A stretch of 64,000 nt of DNA. It comes from Escherichia coli (GTDB lineage Bacteria; Pseudomonadota; Gammaproteobacteria; Enterobacterales; Enterobacteriaceae). The position numbers were made by a program, and so were the translations under genes. The stretch is from NCBI RefSeq assembly GCF_041248615.1, contig NZ_CP158426.1; one strand, given 5' to 3'. The notes below the pieces were generated by a model. It had not been told where the DNA came from and did not search any database. It saw only the letters and a program-made list of their open reading frames with translations. Of this stretch, positions 52,298-59,501 are shown in pieces. Position 1 is the first letter of the stretch, and each line of letters opens with the position of its first letter.

Positions 52298-52974
52298 TAG
52301 AATCCAAGCCCCCCAACAAGACCAATAAGCCCACCACCAATAGCGCCGGCCGCAGTTCCTATTCCAGGAACAACGGAACCAAGTTGCGCACCCGCTAAAG
52401 CGCCTGATGCTGCCCCACCAATACCACGCGCAAGACTGGATGGCTGCTGCGCCTGACCTGCACGAATAGCGCCAAGCCCCTGCAAGAGTTGTCCGGTATT
52501 ATTGGCGTAGTTTTGCCCTGCCGTTGCCTGCCCTGATGCCGCATTCATCCCGACATTTAGCAGGTTTCCATAATTTTGCATTTGCCCACTAAGCCAATTG
52601 TTATAAAGCATGGGCGCAATGGAAGATAACTGGTTACTGGTAGCTGTTGAGCCAAGCCCCCCGGTAGCTTCTGCTGAGACAAGGTTCTGATAACGGGCCT
52701 GATCTGCCTGTGTTTTATATAAACCAGAACCAAAGAAATCATTCGCGGCTTTATTCTGCCCTTCCAGAGTCATCAGTCCTTGTAGTTGTTGTAAAGCAGG
52801 CAATCCGACTTCTGCATACGGCTTGAGATTATTCATCACCGTATTCCACTGCTCGCGCTGCAAATCAATTGCCTGCTGCTGGGCCTTCGCCTGAGCTTTA
52901 GAGGCACCACCATCACCGCCTTTTTCGTATACGGCACGATTGAGATGTTTATGAGCTATATGGGTAATTAACAT
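52297..52974 (-). CDS. P22 gp7-like ejection protein candidate
   Basis: 225 aa (P22 gp7 is about 229 aa from memory). ...YEKGGDGGASKAQAKAQQQAIDLQREQWN... and the Gly-rich C-terminal tail GIGTAAGAIGGGLIGLVGGLGF resemble gp7-type DNA-transfer proteins. Confidence 0.55.
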   Translation of the reverse strand: MLITHIAHKHLNRAVYEKGGDGGASKAQAKAQQQAIDLQREQWNTVMNNLKPYAEVGLPALQQLQGLMTLEGQNKAANDFFGSGLYKTQADQARYQNLVSAEATGGLGSTATSNQLSSIAPMLYNNWLSGQMQNYGNLLNVGMNAASGQATAGQNYANNTGQLLQGLGAIRAGQAQQPSSLARGIGGAASGALAGAQLGSVVPGIGTAAGAIGGGLIGLVGGLGF

Positions 52975-53429
52975 TCGCTGAATTCCTTATATTGTTGCCG
53001 AGTTAACTGATAAAGCGTTACGCCGACGGGTTTACCACATCTGATATAAGCATCATCAAGGTGACCAACACGGGTAGCGCCAAGCAAACGGATAATTGCC
53101 CGTCCGTATTTCGTGGTGTCAGGAACCATAGTGATGCTGTTAAGGAATGGTGAGTTTTCGAGAAGCCATTTGCAGAATAATCGATGCCCTTGCAGTGCAT
53201 ATTCACCACGGAATCCGGGGTCGTACACCGCATGGCATTCAACAATGCTATGCCAGAAGTTACGCACTTCATGAACGCCAGCCAGCACCAATCCTTCGTA
53301 GATGCCGAGATATACCGCATCAGGCTTGATGTAGTACGTGTGCCCCGGCTCAACAATATTTTCGGTATTGCCAGGATCGTTAAGAAAGGCCTGTAATCGC
53401 ACAGGGTTATCAATAAATTTTAGTTCCAT
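52968..53429 (-). CDS. 153-aa protein in the position of P22 gene 14
   Basis: It precedes the gp7/20/16-like genes with a 7-nt overlap. MELKFIDNPVRLQAFLNDPGNTENIVEPGHTYYIKPDAVYLGIYEG... looks like a small alpha/beta (acetyltransferase-like) protein. The assignment rests on synteny only. Confidence 0.4.
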   Translation of the reverse strand: MELKFIDNPVRLQAFLNDPGNTENIVEPGHTYYIKPDAVYLGIYEGLVLAGVHEVRNFWHSIVECHAVYDPGFRGEYALQGHRLFCKWLLENSPFLNSITMVPDTTKYGRAIIRLLGATRVGHLDDAYIRCGKPVGVTLYQLTRQQYKEFSEC

Positions 53430-53445
53430 GCGATGCCATCCATTT

Positions 53446-53607
53446 TCACATACAGCCTGCCAGCGCCTTATCTATTAACCCTCGAGCAATTTCATGCAGA
53501 GTTGGCGCTACTCCAATTCCTGATTTTTTACGCTGCTCTTCCTGAATTTTCTTTATCGCTTCCATTTGCTTCTCACTTATCAATACCGGCTTTACTGAAA
53601 TAGCCAT
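53446..53607 (-). CDS. 53-aa ribbon-helix-helix-like protein, first gene of the operon
   Basis: Below the ORF-track cutoff. ATG lies 5 nt after AAGGGGG. The sequence is MAISVKPVLISEKQMEAIKKIQEEQRKKSGIGVAPTLHEIARGLIDKALAGCM, with a strand-helix-helix pattern like Arc/Mnt. Confidence 0.55.
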   Translation of the reverse strand: MAISVKPVLISEKQMEAIKKIQEEQRKKSGIGVAPTLHEIARGLIDKALAGCM

Positions 53608-53620
53608 AACGCCCCCTTAG

Positions 53621-53646
53621 AACTGTATAAAACAACAGTTATTATA
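53621..53646 (-). promoter_or_regulatory. Perfect -10 (TATAAT) immediately followed by a LexA box (AACTGTTGTTTTATACAGTT)
   Basis: The minus strand reads TATAAT (53646-53641) and then a 20-mer with CTGT-N8-ACAG (53640-53621). It lies 13 nt upstream of the RBS and ATG of the 53-aa gene. The -35 is poor. Confidence 0.65.
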
Positions 53647-53702
53647 GTTTCACAAATCGCAATATTCATCATCGTAATTGCAAAATATGAAACAGATAGC
53701 AC

Positions 53703-53735
53703 AAAAAAATGCCACCGCTCAGTAGCTGGTGGCAT
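53703..53735 (-). terminator. Rho-independent terminator ending the primase operon
   Basis: The minus strand has ATGCCACC-11 nt loop-GGTGGCAT followed by T6-7. Confidence 0.7.
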
Positions 53736-54055
53736 CGTTCTGTGTGTCAGGTTTTGACAGGTTTTTTATGGACTCTAAAAACTATATTTATGGTGTCGCA
53801 TTACCCTTCACGGCAGGCGCTTTTCAGTTCTGCCCTTGCTTCTGGCTCCATTGGTAATTTGATTCGCGATCAGCTATGCGGATGGTTTGCTGAACAGGCA
53901 TAACAACTTCTCAGTGGCTGTTTTCTGAACTACGAAAATTTCGTAGTGCTCACTTTCAAAAACGTCACGCCCTTGTACACAGGATTTTACGAAAGTCTCG
54001 TAAAACACTCTCTGATGCCAGCCAGGTGTTGTGCGCATCAATTCAGTCACATTGT

Positions 54056-54166
54056 GTTGGTTCAAAATACCGTGTTGTTGGTTCAGTGTTGGTTCAATAA
54101 AAAGAATAAAATCCTTATAAAACAATACTCTTTACAAATTGAACCAACTGAACCAACTGAACCAAC
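54056..54166. repeat. Iteron cluster B: 3x GTTGGTTCA + AT-rich spacer + 3x TGAACCAAC (contiguous), mirror image of cluster A
   Basis: GTTGGTTCA occurs at 54056, 54077 and 54088. TGAACCAAC occurs at 54140, 54149 and 54158. The cluster ends 26 bp from the stop of the primase-helicase gene. Confidence 0.8.
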
Positions 54167-54191
54167 ACCTTTTCTACGCACATGAAGAAGC

Positions 54192-56951
54192 TCATTCTTC
54201 AGATGAGTTATAATCTCCTGGCTGGTAATTGAGTACATAAACGTTTATTTGTCGTCCCTGAATACGTGGTGATTTTCTTTGGTATCCACGACCGCTGTTT
54301 GGTGGGGTTAGCATCCCGGCTTTTTTCAACACTTCAGCAAACTGTTTTGCGTTGAAACCACATGCGATCTCCTTTTCAAATGTGGCCGGGAATGTGTAGA
54401 AAATCATTGGGCTTTCGTCATGTTCTCCACGCTGACGGTATCCGGCTAAATCTTTGATGGGCAAATCTGCCGGGCTGTATGGAAATGGTGCAAAACGGCT
54501 AAGCCCATAGGCATTAAGAAATGCCTCCGTTTGTTCAATAATCTGCTGATGCTCTTTGTTACCTGTGCCGAACTCGCGCAACCATGCGTTATAGCTGTGC
54601 TGTATCGCATCACGGCATGTCTGAGCATCCCAGCCTGTTACAACCTCGCCTAACAACAATGCGGCCTCCAGAATGGCAAATCGCGCGGCTACACGGTGAA
54701 CCTGCTCACCATAATCGGATGGGATCAGGCTTCTCCATCTGCTTTCGCAGTCACGAACGGTTTTAATAGCCTGTTGCTGGTGGTCTGCCAGCCATTTAAT
54801 CCACTCACGCCCGGACGCGCCGTGGTGATGCTGGTAAGCGTCTTTCAGTGCGTCTGCGTGCTGTTTTCCGTTCTGGTAATCGTGAAAGCGTACTGCTTTA
54901 CTCAACGGAATATTCAGCAGTCGCACCAGTTGCCCGGCTTTGGTTTTTCGCCCGGAAGTAGCGATAAATGTTTCTAAATCCATTTCTCCGGTGCTGATTG
55001 CCACTGTACGCCAGCGTTTTAGATCCCGGTTTCCACCATCTTTAGCGCCTTGCAGTTTCCCTACACCGTTAAATAACGCATAGGCAGACTGTGAAACGCT
55101 GACAGGATCAGCGCCCTGACCAACTTCATCAAGCGGCATTAGTCCGTCATTGTGGGCGGCGGCCTCATTTGCCAGCCCCAGCGCGGTTCCGTACCACGTC
55201 AGCCGCAGTAAATCAGGGTTGCCGTATAAGCTGCTCGCCACGTTTGCCGTGGTGGTCTTACCTGCGCTCGACTGCTCATAGAAATGAATGCCGAACCCGT
55301 CAGCGCCCACCAGCCCAATCAATGGCGCTGCCAGTGCTGCGCCGATCCCGGTCATCATTGAATAGTTACCAAAGGCCAGACGCGCCACGTTATCACGCCA
55401 GCTTTTCGCGCTCCCTGAGACGGTATATCCGGCTGCGGCTGAGCTTCTCCCGCTGAACAGCACAGGATTTTCAGGTGTTCCGATGATTTCCCCATCAGGC
55501 ATGATGTACGCTCCGCATTGCCAGCCAGTGGCATGAGCAACACGCCACAATTCACGAGAGCCACTGCGTTGTAGCCAGTCTGCCAGTATTGCTCTGAGGC
55601 TGCTTTTGGTCGTGACATTTACCCCACCAGCTTTAAGTGTGCGCCATCCTTCACGTTCACCAATATCAGCCAGTGGAATGGCAGCGGTTGTCGGCGTTTC
55701 AGAACCAAACGACAGCCAGCGAAGAATGAGATACTGGTCTTTATCGTCTCTGCCAGTACCGATAACGCTTAACGGAGAACATAACCAGCTTTCGTTATTG
55801 ATGATTTCTCCACTCTGGCTGTCAGCTCTCGGAGATACCCAATAAATACCATCCTCGCGGCTTTCTATTCTTGGTTTCAGTGGATCGGTATCCATAACCT
55901 TAAAATCGCTTCCCTCAATGGTCTGTGGCTCCTGTTTCACGCCATTACCCTGTGGTTGGTACATTGACTTATTGAACGCTTCTGTGGCGCATTTAATGCC
56001 GTGTTTTTGGTGGTAATCATTCCAGTCTGCTTTGTGATCTGTCGGGGGTAATGCCACCCATCCAGAAACAGATAAAGCTGCTTTTTCTGCTGCTATTCTC
56101 CCCGTGTTTTGTCTTCCTTCGCTGTGGTCGTTATCCGCAGCAATGATGATTTGTGCTGAAGGAAATTTATCCCGCAGTACCTGGGCGACATATAACAGGT
56201 TCCCGGCATCAATCGCCGCCACTGTCAGCGCCTCTGGACGAATTAAATGGGCAGATAATGCCGTTGCCAGCCCTTCTGCGATTAAGATGCTCTGTGTTGT
56301 TTCTGGTGCGTTTATGGCGTGATATGCCCCCCGCTTTGCTGAACCTGTCAGGAGTCTTTTTTCACCATGTGAGGTAATAGTCTGTGCTGCTGTGACTGCG
56401 CCGGATTTATCCACCAGCGCCAGCAACAGAGATCCATCGGGCAACACGGGGAATGTAAAATCACCTACCCCTTTCGCAACCAGATAATCAGATTTGCCGT
56501 TTACAGCCTTTCTGCGCATGTCATCAAACTGACGGGAAAACGTATCCCGTCTTTGTTGTTCGTCCTTCTCTGCCCTTTTCAGGCGCTCCTGTTCGCGTCG
56601 CTGGCGCTCGGTTTCCAGTTGTTCCCGTTTCTGGCTGGTGGCTTCTGGTGTTTCCGTTGTCCGGTAATCAATACCCAGAACATCAGCGGCAAGAAGCGCC
56701 GCCTCTGTTGTGTCGCAGTTATTTACGCGTTTAATTAAATCCAGCCCATCACCAGCGCCGCACTGATTACAGATGAAGCTACCGCGCCCGTTGTCATCGA
56801 ACCGGAATCGATCTTTGCCCCCACATGCAGGGCAGGGAGCATGACGGCGCGGAGAGTCAGGGACATTTATGTTCAGGCAGCCCAGCACATGAGGCCAGTT
56901 GTTTTCAGACGCACTGATAACCTGACGGATAAGATCAATGTTTCGCATCAC
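54192..56951 (-). CDS. P4 alpha-like primase-helicase (Zn-ribbon + Toprim + DUF927/SF3-type NTPase)
   Basis: 919 aa with Zn-binding CPACGGKDRFRFDD...FICNQCG. Toprim motifs are ILIAEGLATALS and IIIAADNDHSEGRQNTG. Walker A is YEQSSAGKTTT. Confidence 0.85.
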   Translation of the reverse strand: MMRNIDLIRQVISASENNWPHVLGCLNINVPDSPRRHAPCPACGGKDRFRFDDNGRGSFICNQCGAGDGLDLIKRVNNCDTTEAALLAADVLGIDYRTTETPEATSQKREQLETERQRREQERLKRAEKDEQQRRDTFSRQFDDMRRKAVNGKSDYLVAKGVGDFTFPVLPDGSLLLALVDKSGAVTAAQTITSHGEKRLLTGSAKRGAYHAINAPETTQSILIAEGLATALSAHLIRPEALTVAAIDAGNLLYVAQVLRDKFPSAQIIIAADNDHSEGRQNTGRIAAEKAALSVSGWVALPPTDHKADWNDYHQKHGIKCATEAFNKSMYQPQGNGVKQEPQTIEGSDFKVMDTDPLKPRIESREDGIYWVSPRADSQSGEIINNESWLCSPLSVIGTGRDDKDQYLILRWLSFGSETPTTAAIPLADIGEREGWRTLKAGGVNVTTKSSLRAILADWLQRSGSRELWRVAHATGWQCGAYIMPDGEIIGTPENPVLFSGRSSAAAGYTVSGSAKSWRDNVARLAFGNYSMMTGIGAALAAPLIGLVGADGFGIHFYEQSSAGKTTTANVASSLYGNPDLLRLTWYGTALGLANEAAAHNDGLMPLDEVGQGADPVSVSQSAYALFNGVGKLQGAKDGGNRDLKRWRTVAISTGEMDLETFIATSGRKTKAGQLVRLLNIPLSKAVRFHDYQNGKQHADALKDAYQHHHGASGREWIKWLADHQQQAIKTVRDCESRWRSLIPSDYGEQVHRVAARFAILEAALLLGEVVTGWDAQTCRDAIQHSYNAWLREFGTGNKEHQQIIEQTEAFLNAYGLSRFAPFPYSPADLPIKDLAGYRQRGEHDESPMIFYTFPATFEKEIACGFNAKQFAEVLKKAGMLTPPNSGRGYQRKSPRIQGRQINVYVLNYQPGDYNSSEE

Positions 56952-57306
56952 CGTACCCCACGTGGTCTATAGCGTTTGCGATATGGCTAACCAGCATCTG
57001 CCACTTGGTTATTCCGTAATCAGTCAGCATGCCATCATTGTTTAGCCACATATCAAATTCAGCGGTTGTCGCAAGTTTCCACTTATCGCCGTGGACAGTC
57101 CTCATTGCTGGGTACATGAATGCGCAAATCAGATCACAAACATCTGACGGCTTCAGAGATGTAGTAATGGTGCGTCCCTCTGGCGTCTGAATTGCCATTT
57201 TCTCTTCACCAGTAGAATGAAGGTTATGAATCCACACAGCACCAGCAATCTTTGCCACCTGCTCTCCGATTGCGGAGCTAAGCGCCATTTCTGCATTTTC
57301 ACGCAT
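56935..57306 (-). CDS. Hypothetical protein (123 aa)
   Basis: Part of the translationally coupled chain, with a 17-nt overlap with the primase and an 8-nt overlap upstream. No family recognised. Confidence 0.5.
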   Translation of the reverse strand: MRENAEMALSSAIGEQVAKIAGAVWIHNLHSTGEEKMAIQTPEGRTITTSLKPSDVCDLICAFMYPAMRTVHGDKWKLATTAEFDMWLNNDGMLTDYGITKWQMLVSHIANAIDHVGYGDAKH

Positions 57307-57640
57307 GAGAACCTCCCGCTACAGTTGCGCCCATGTCATTAACCATGCTTTGCCATATCTCACGCCCGACGTCAGTCAATCCGTCCTTAGTGACGCAACG
57401 CTCAAGAAGCTCGATCCCCACGGTTTCCCACTGCGGGTAGAACACTTTCATGGCTGCCAGTGTGTAGCTATCGATCAGGCTGCGAACGCCTTTTACTCCA
57501 TTGACGATTTCCACACGTACGGCCTCGCCGTCCGCATCAACCATGAAATAGTCCCCGCCGCTGGTGGAGGTAATGTGGTTATACAGTGCCGACGCATACT
57601 TATTTGCCAGCGCATTCAGTCGGAAATTTTTAGTAATCAT
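57299..57640 (-). CDS. Hypothetical protein (113 aa)
   Basis: Same operon, with plausible globular composition. No family recognised. Confidence 0.5.
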   Translation of the reverse strand: MITKNFRLNALANKYASALYNHITSTSGGDYFMVDADGEAVRVEIVNGVKGVRSLIDSYTLAAMKVFYPQWETVGIELLERCVTKDGLTDVGREIWQSMVNDMGATVAGGSHA

Positions 57641-57650
57641 GGCTCCATCC

Positions 57651-58253
57651 TCAGTGCGTCACTGGTTCCGCTGGCATGCCGTTTTCATTCAGTTCAGCTA
57701 TAAAGCTGTTGTGAAGTTCAGCAAGCGTTTCACGACCAAATGGAGTCAGTGCTCCTTGTTCCACATCCATCATGGCTCTGTAGAAAATGATGGCGCGTTC
57801 TGTGCCAGACTCGATGCCAAAACGTTCTATCATCGCGCCCTCAATGTTGTTTGCCATAGCGAGGCGCTCTGCTACTGGATACAGCGGCATGGCGACGATG
57901 CCGTTGGAATAAACAGCCACTTCGGAAGGATTGCCAGTATCATCAATGATGCTGACAGTGCCGTTTTCCTCTCTCATTTCCAGCATGAATACTGTTGCGA
58001 TCAGCCATCTCCACATAATGACGTTATGCTGTGATGTGTAATCGAAATATCCCTGGTTGCCGCCATCGGCTATAGCGAGATGTATTGACATGCCTTCATC
58101 TGGTTTATCGTCATAATCCCCGGCATCCAGACGATTTACGGCATCAATATATGAGACGGTCTCAACGCGTTCTGTCATGCCATCGTTGCTGCGGTGCATG
58201 ATGTTTACGCCGTCAGGCGTTGCTTCTGCATGGAAGGTTAAGAAATTATTCAT
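57651..58253 (-). CDS. Hypothetical protein (200 aa)
   Basis: I take the start as MNNFLTFHAEATPDG.., whose ATG overlaps the upstream stop (ATGAATAA). The track ORF extends 35 codons further over the upstream gene. Confidence 0.5.
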   Translation of the reverse strand: MNNFLTFHAEATPDGVNIMHRSNDGMTERVETVSYIDAVNRLDAGDYDDKPDEGMSIHLAIADGGNQGYFDYTSQHNVIMWRWLIATVFMLEMREENGTVSIIDDTGNPSEVAVYSNGIVAMPLYPVAERLAMANNIEGAMIERFGIESGTERAIIFYRAMMDVEQGALTPFGRETLAELHNSFIAELNENGMPAEPVTH

Positions 58254-58467
58254 GTTTCGCCTCGCCTGAATGATTCTGTAACTCATATTTGCCCAACAAT
58301 TCGTCCGCTTCCTGAATAGCTTCTGGTACGCCATTGAGCAGTGACATAACCGCGCCAATCATTAACTTGTCTCTGTTGCTGGGGCTGGCCCCTTCAAGCC
58401 AGAACCCTAAAACAGTCTGAACCTGTTCGATGCGACATTGCGCTTCAATGAGCTGGATGTTGGTCAT
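58246..58467 (-). CDS. Small helical protein, paralogue set member (73 aa)
   Basis: MTNIQLIEAQCRIEQVQTVLGFWLEGASPSNRDKLMIGAVMSLLNG... shares SPS.RD.KL with the 72-aa protein. Confidence 0.5.
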   Translation of the reverse strand: MTNIQLIEAQCRIEQVQTVLGFWLEGASPSNRDKLMIGAVMSLLNGVPEAIQEADELLGKYELQNHSGEAKHE

Positions 58468-58727
58468 TTCGCACTCTCCACATCGATTAAACTGATATCT
58501 ATCAGGGAGGTAACTTTTTGTAGCCAGCTATTGATTACTGTCGCCTGCTCCCCTCCCACCGAGGGAATAATCTCATTCATCACATGAACCAGACCTGTGC
58601 GCGCTCTGGTAAGCCGTTCAGTCGCGCAATCTGCGGGAGTGAATGTGTCTGGATATGGCTCTTCACTCCCCAGCAATGATTCAATTTCCAGCTCACACGG
58701 ATGACGATAAATTAAGTTGATATTCAT
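58464..58727 (-). CDS. Small helical protein (87 aa)
   Basis: Has 4-nt overlaps on both sides and a two-helix pattern. Confidence 0.45.
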   Translation of the reverse strand: MNINLIYRHPCELEIESLLGSEEPYPDTFTPADCATERLTRARTGLVHVMNEIIPSVGGEQATVINSWLQKVTSLIDISLIDVESAK

Positions 58728-58918
58728 TTTTCACCCCCAAGAATTACCAGCTCTGCACGGGCATCGTTAACCAAAGATGAGCACGCTTTAATCGCATCCA
58801 CGACATCAGTAGCGTCCATTTCTTCAGCCGAAAGACTGACAGCAACCAGGACAGCCGCTGCTTGCTCGATTAATTGAAGTGCGGACGTAAGGCGAGGGGT
58901 ATTAATTGAGTTATTCAT
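58724..58918 (-). CDS. Small helical protein (64 aa)
   Basis: ...LTSALQLIEQAAAVLVAVSLSAEEMDATDVVDAIKACSSLVNDARAELVILGGEK. The C-terminus L..GGE resembles that of the 72-aa protein. Confidence 0.45.
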   Translation of the reverse strand: MNNSINTPRLTSALQLIEQAAAVLVAVSLSAEEMDATDVVDAIKACSSLVNDARAELVILGGEK

Positions 58919-59129
58919 TGGTTGCCCCCGTTTTTACTGGCATTTCGCCACCTTCCAGCAGGAAATGAACGTCACGAACGGCGAGATCCAATATCGCGAG
59001 TAACGCCTTCAGTTTTTCGTCTCGTGAGGGAGAGTTGCTCACCAGAATGTCATTAATCACTTCTGTCAGTGTGATGATCTGGCTTGTGCGTTCGAGGGGG
59101 TCCATATGCACATCGTAGGTTTTAATCAT
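58911..59129 (-). CDS. Small helical protein (72 aa)
   Basis: MIKTYDVHMDPLERTSQIITLTEVINDILVSNSPSRDEKLKALLAILDLAVRDVHFLLEGGE... Its ATG overlaps the stop of the Icd-like gene (CATGATTAA). It is in the same frame as the long 342-aa track ORF. Confidence 0.45.
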   Translation of the reverse strand: MIKTYDVHMDPLERTSQIITLTEVINDILVSNSPSRDEKLKALLAILDLAVRDVHFLLEGGEMPVKTGATNE

Positions 59130-59316
59130 GTGCCACCTCCATGCGGATACGACCAGCAAAAAAGCAGACGTGATCGCGCACCAGAGAACGGCGAGCATCG
59201 CGTTCAGACTCGGCAGCAATATGATGAATTTTGGCGGTAATTGTCGGGCAATCGCGGCGAACTGCGGCGATAATCCAGATAAATTGCGGTTTTTGGGTAG
59301 GGGTAGTAGCCAGCAT
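59122..59316 (-). CDS. Icd-like (P4-type host cell-division inhibitor-like) protein
   Basis: 64 aa. MLATTPTQKPQFIWIIAAVRRDCPTITAKIHHIAAESERDARRSLVRDHVCFFAGRI matches the KPQF/Y.W...A..R...A..E.EARR.L....FAGR pattern I remember for Icd-like proteins of P4-like prophages. There is a strong SD (AAGGAGG) 7 nt upstream. Confidence 0.6.
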   Translation of the reverse strand: MLATTPTQKPQFIWIIAAVRRDCPTITAKIHHIAAESERDARRSLVRDHVCFFAGRIRMEVAHD

Positions 59317-59379
59317 GTGGCAGCCTCCTTGATTGATGGTTTATAGCCACCGCCGGAGGTCCTAAGCTCGCTGGCGGTG

Positions 59380-59450
59380 GACTGTACAGGGTTAGGACTA
59401 CTGGCAATCAAGGAAACCAGCCTGACCGAAGTCAGCCCCATACAGCCCAC
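59380..59450 (-). ncRNA. Candidate P4 CI-like immunity RNA (seqB-bearing segment); boundaries approximate
   Basis: The minus transcript contains GGGGCUGACUUCGGUCAGGCUGGUUUCCUUGAUUGCCAGUAGUCCUAACCC. The motifs GAUUGCC and GUCCUAA are complementary to an upstream site (59514-59536) and a downstream site (59359-59365). CCUUGAUUG is complementary to the SD region of the Icd-like gene. Confidence 0.35.
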
Positions 59451-59480
59451 CATTGATAAGGTGTGCGTGTGCGCCGATAC

Positions 59481-59501
59481 AAAAAAAGACGCTGGCGCGT
59501 C
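59481..59501 (-). terminator. Short GC hairpin + U7 inside the leader (candidate immunity-controlled terminator)
   Basis: The minus strand reads GACGC-gcca-GCGTC-TTTTTTT. It lies between the seqA-like and seqB-like elements. Confidence 0.4.

Noticed and set aside
53874-54125. 83-aa minus-strand ORF downstream of the primase gene
   Set aside because: Its N-terminal third is simply the translated iteron array. A shorter 54-codon version from Met at 54038 lacks an RBS. It is not annotated but cannot be fully excluded.
45767-54166. Considered whether the GTTGGTTCA repeat arrays could be a CRISPR or other spacer-repeat locus
   Set aside because: The units are only 9 bp and are partly contiguous without unique spacers. 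They occur in both orientations and no cas genes are present. The architecture fits replication iterons.
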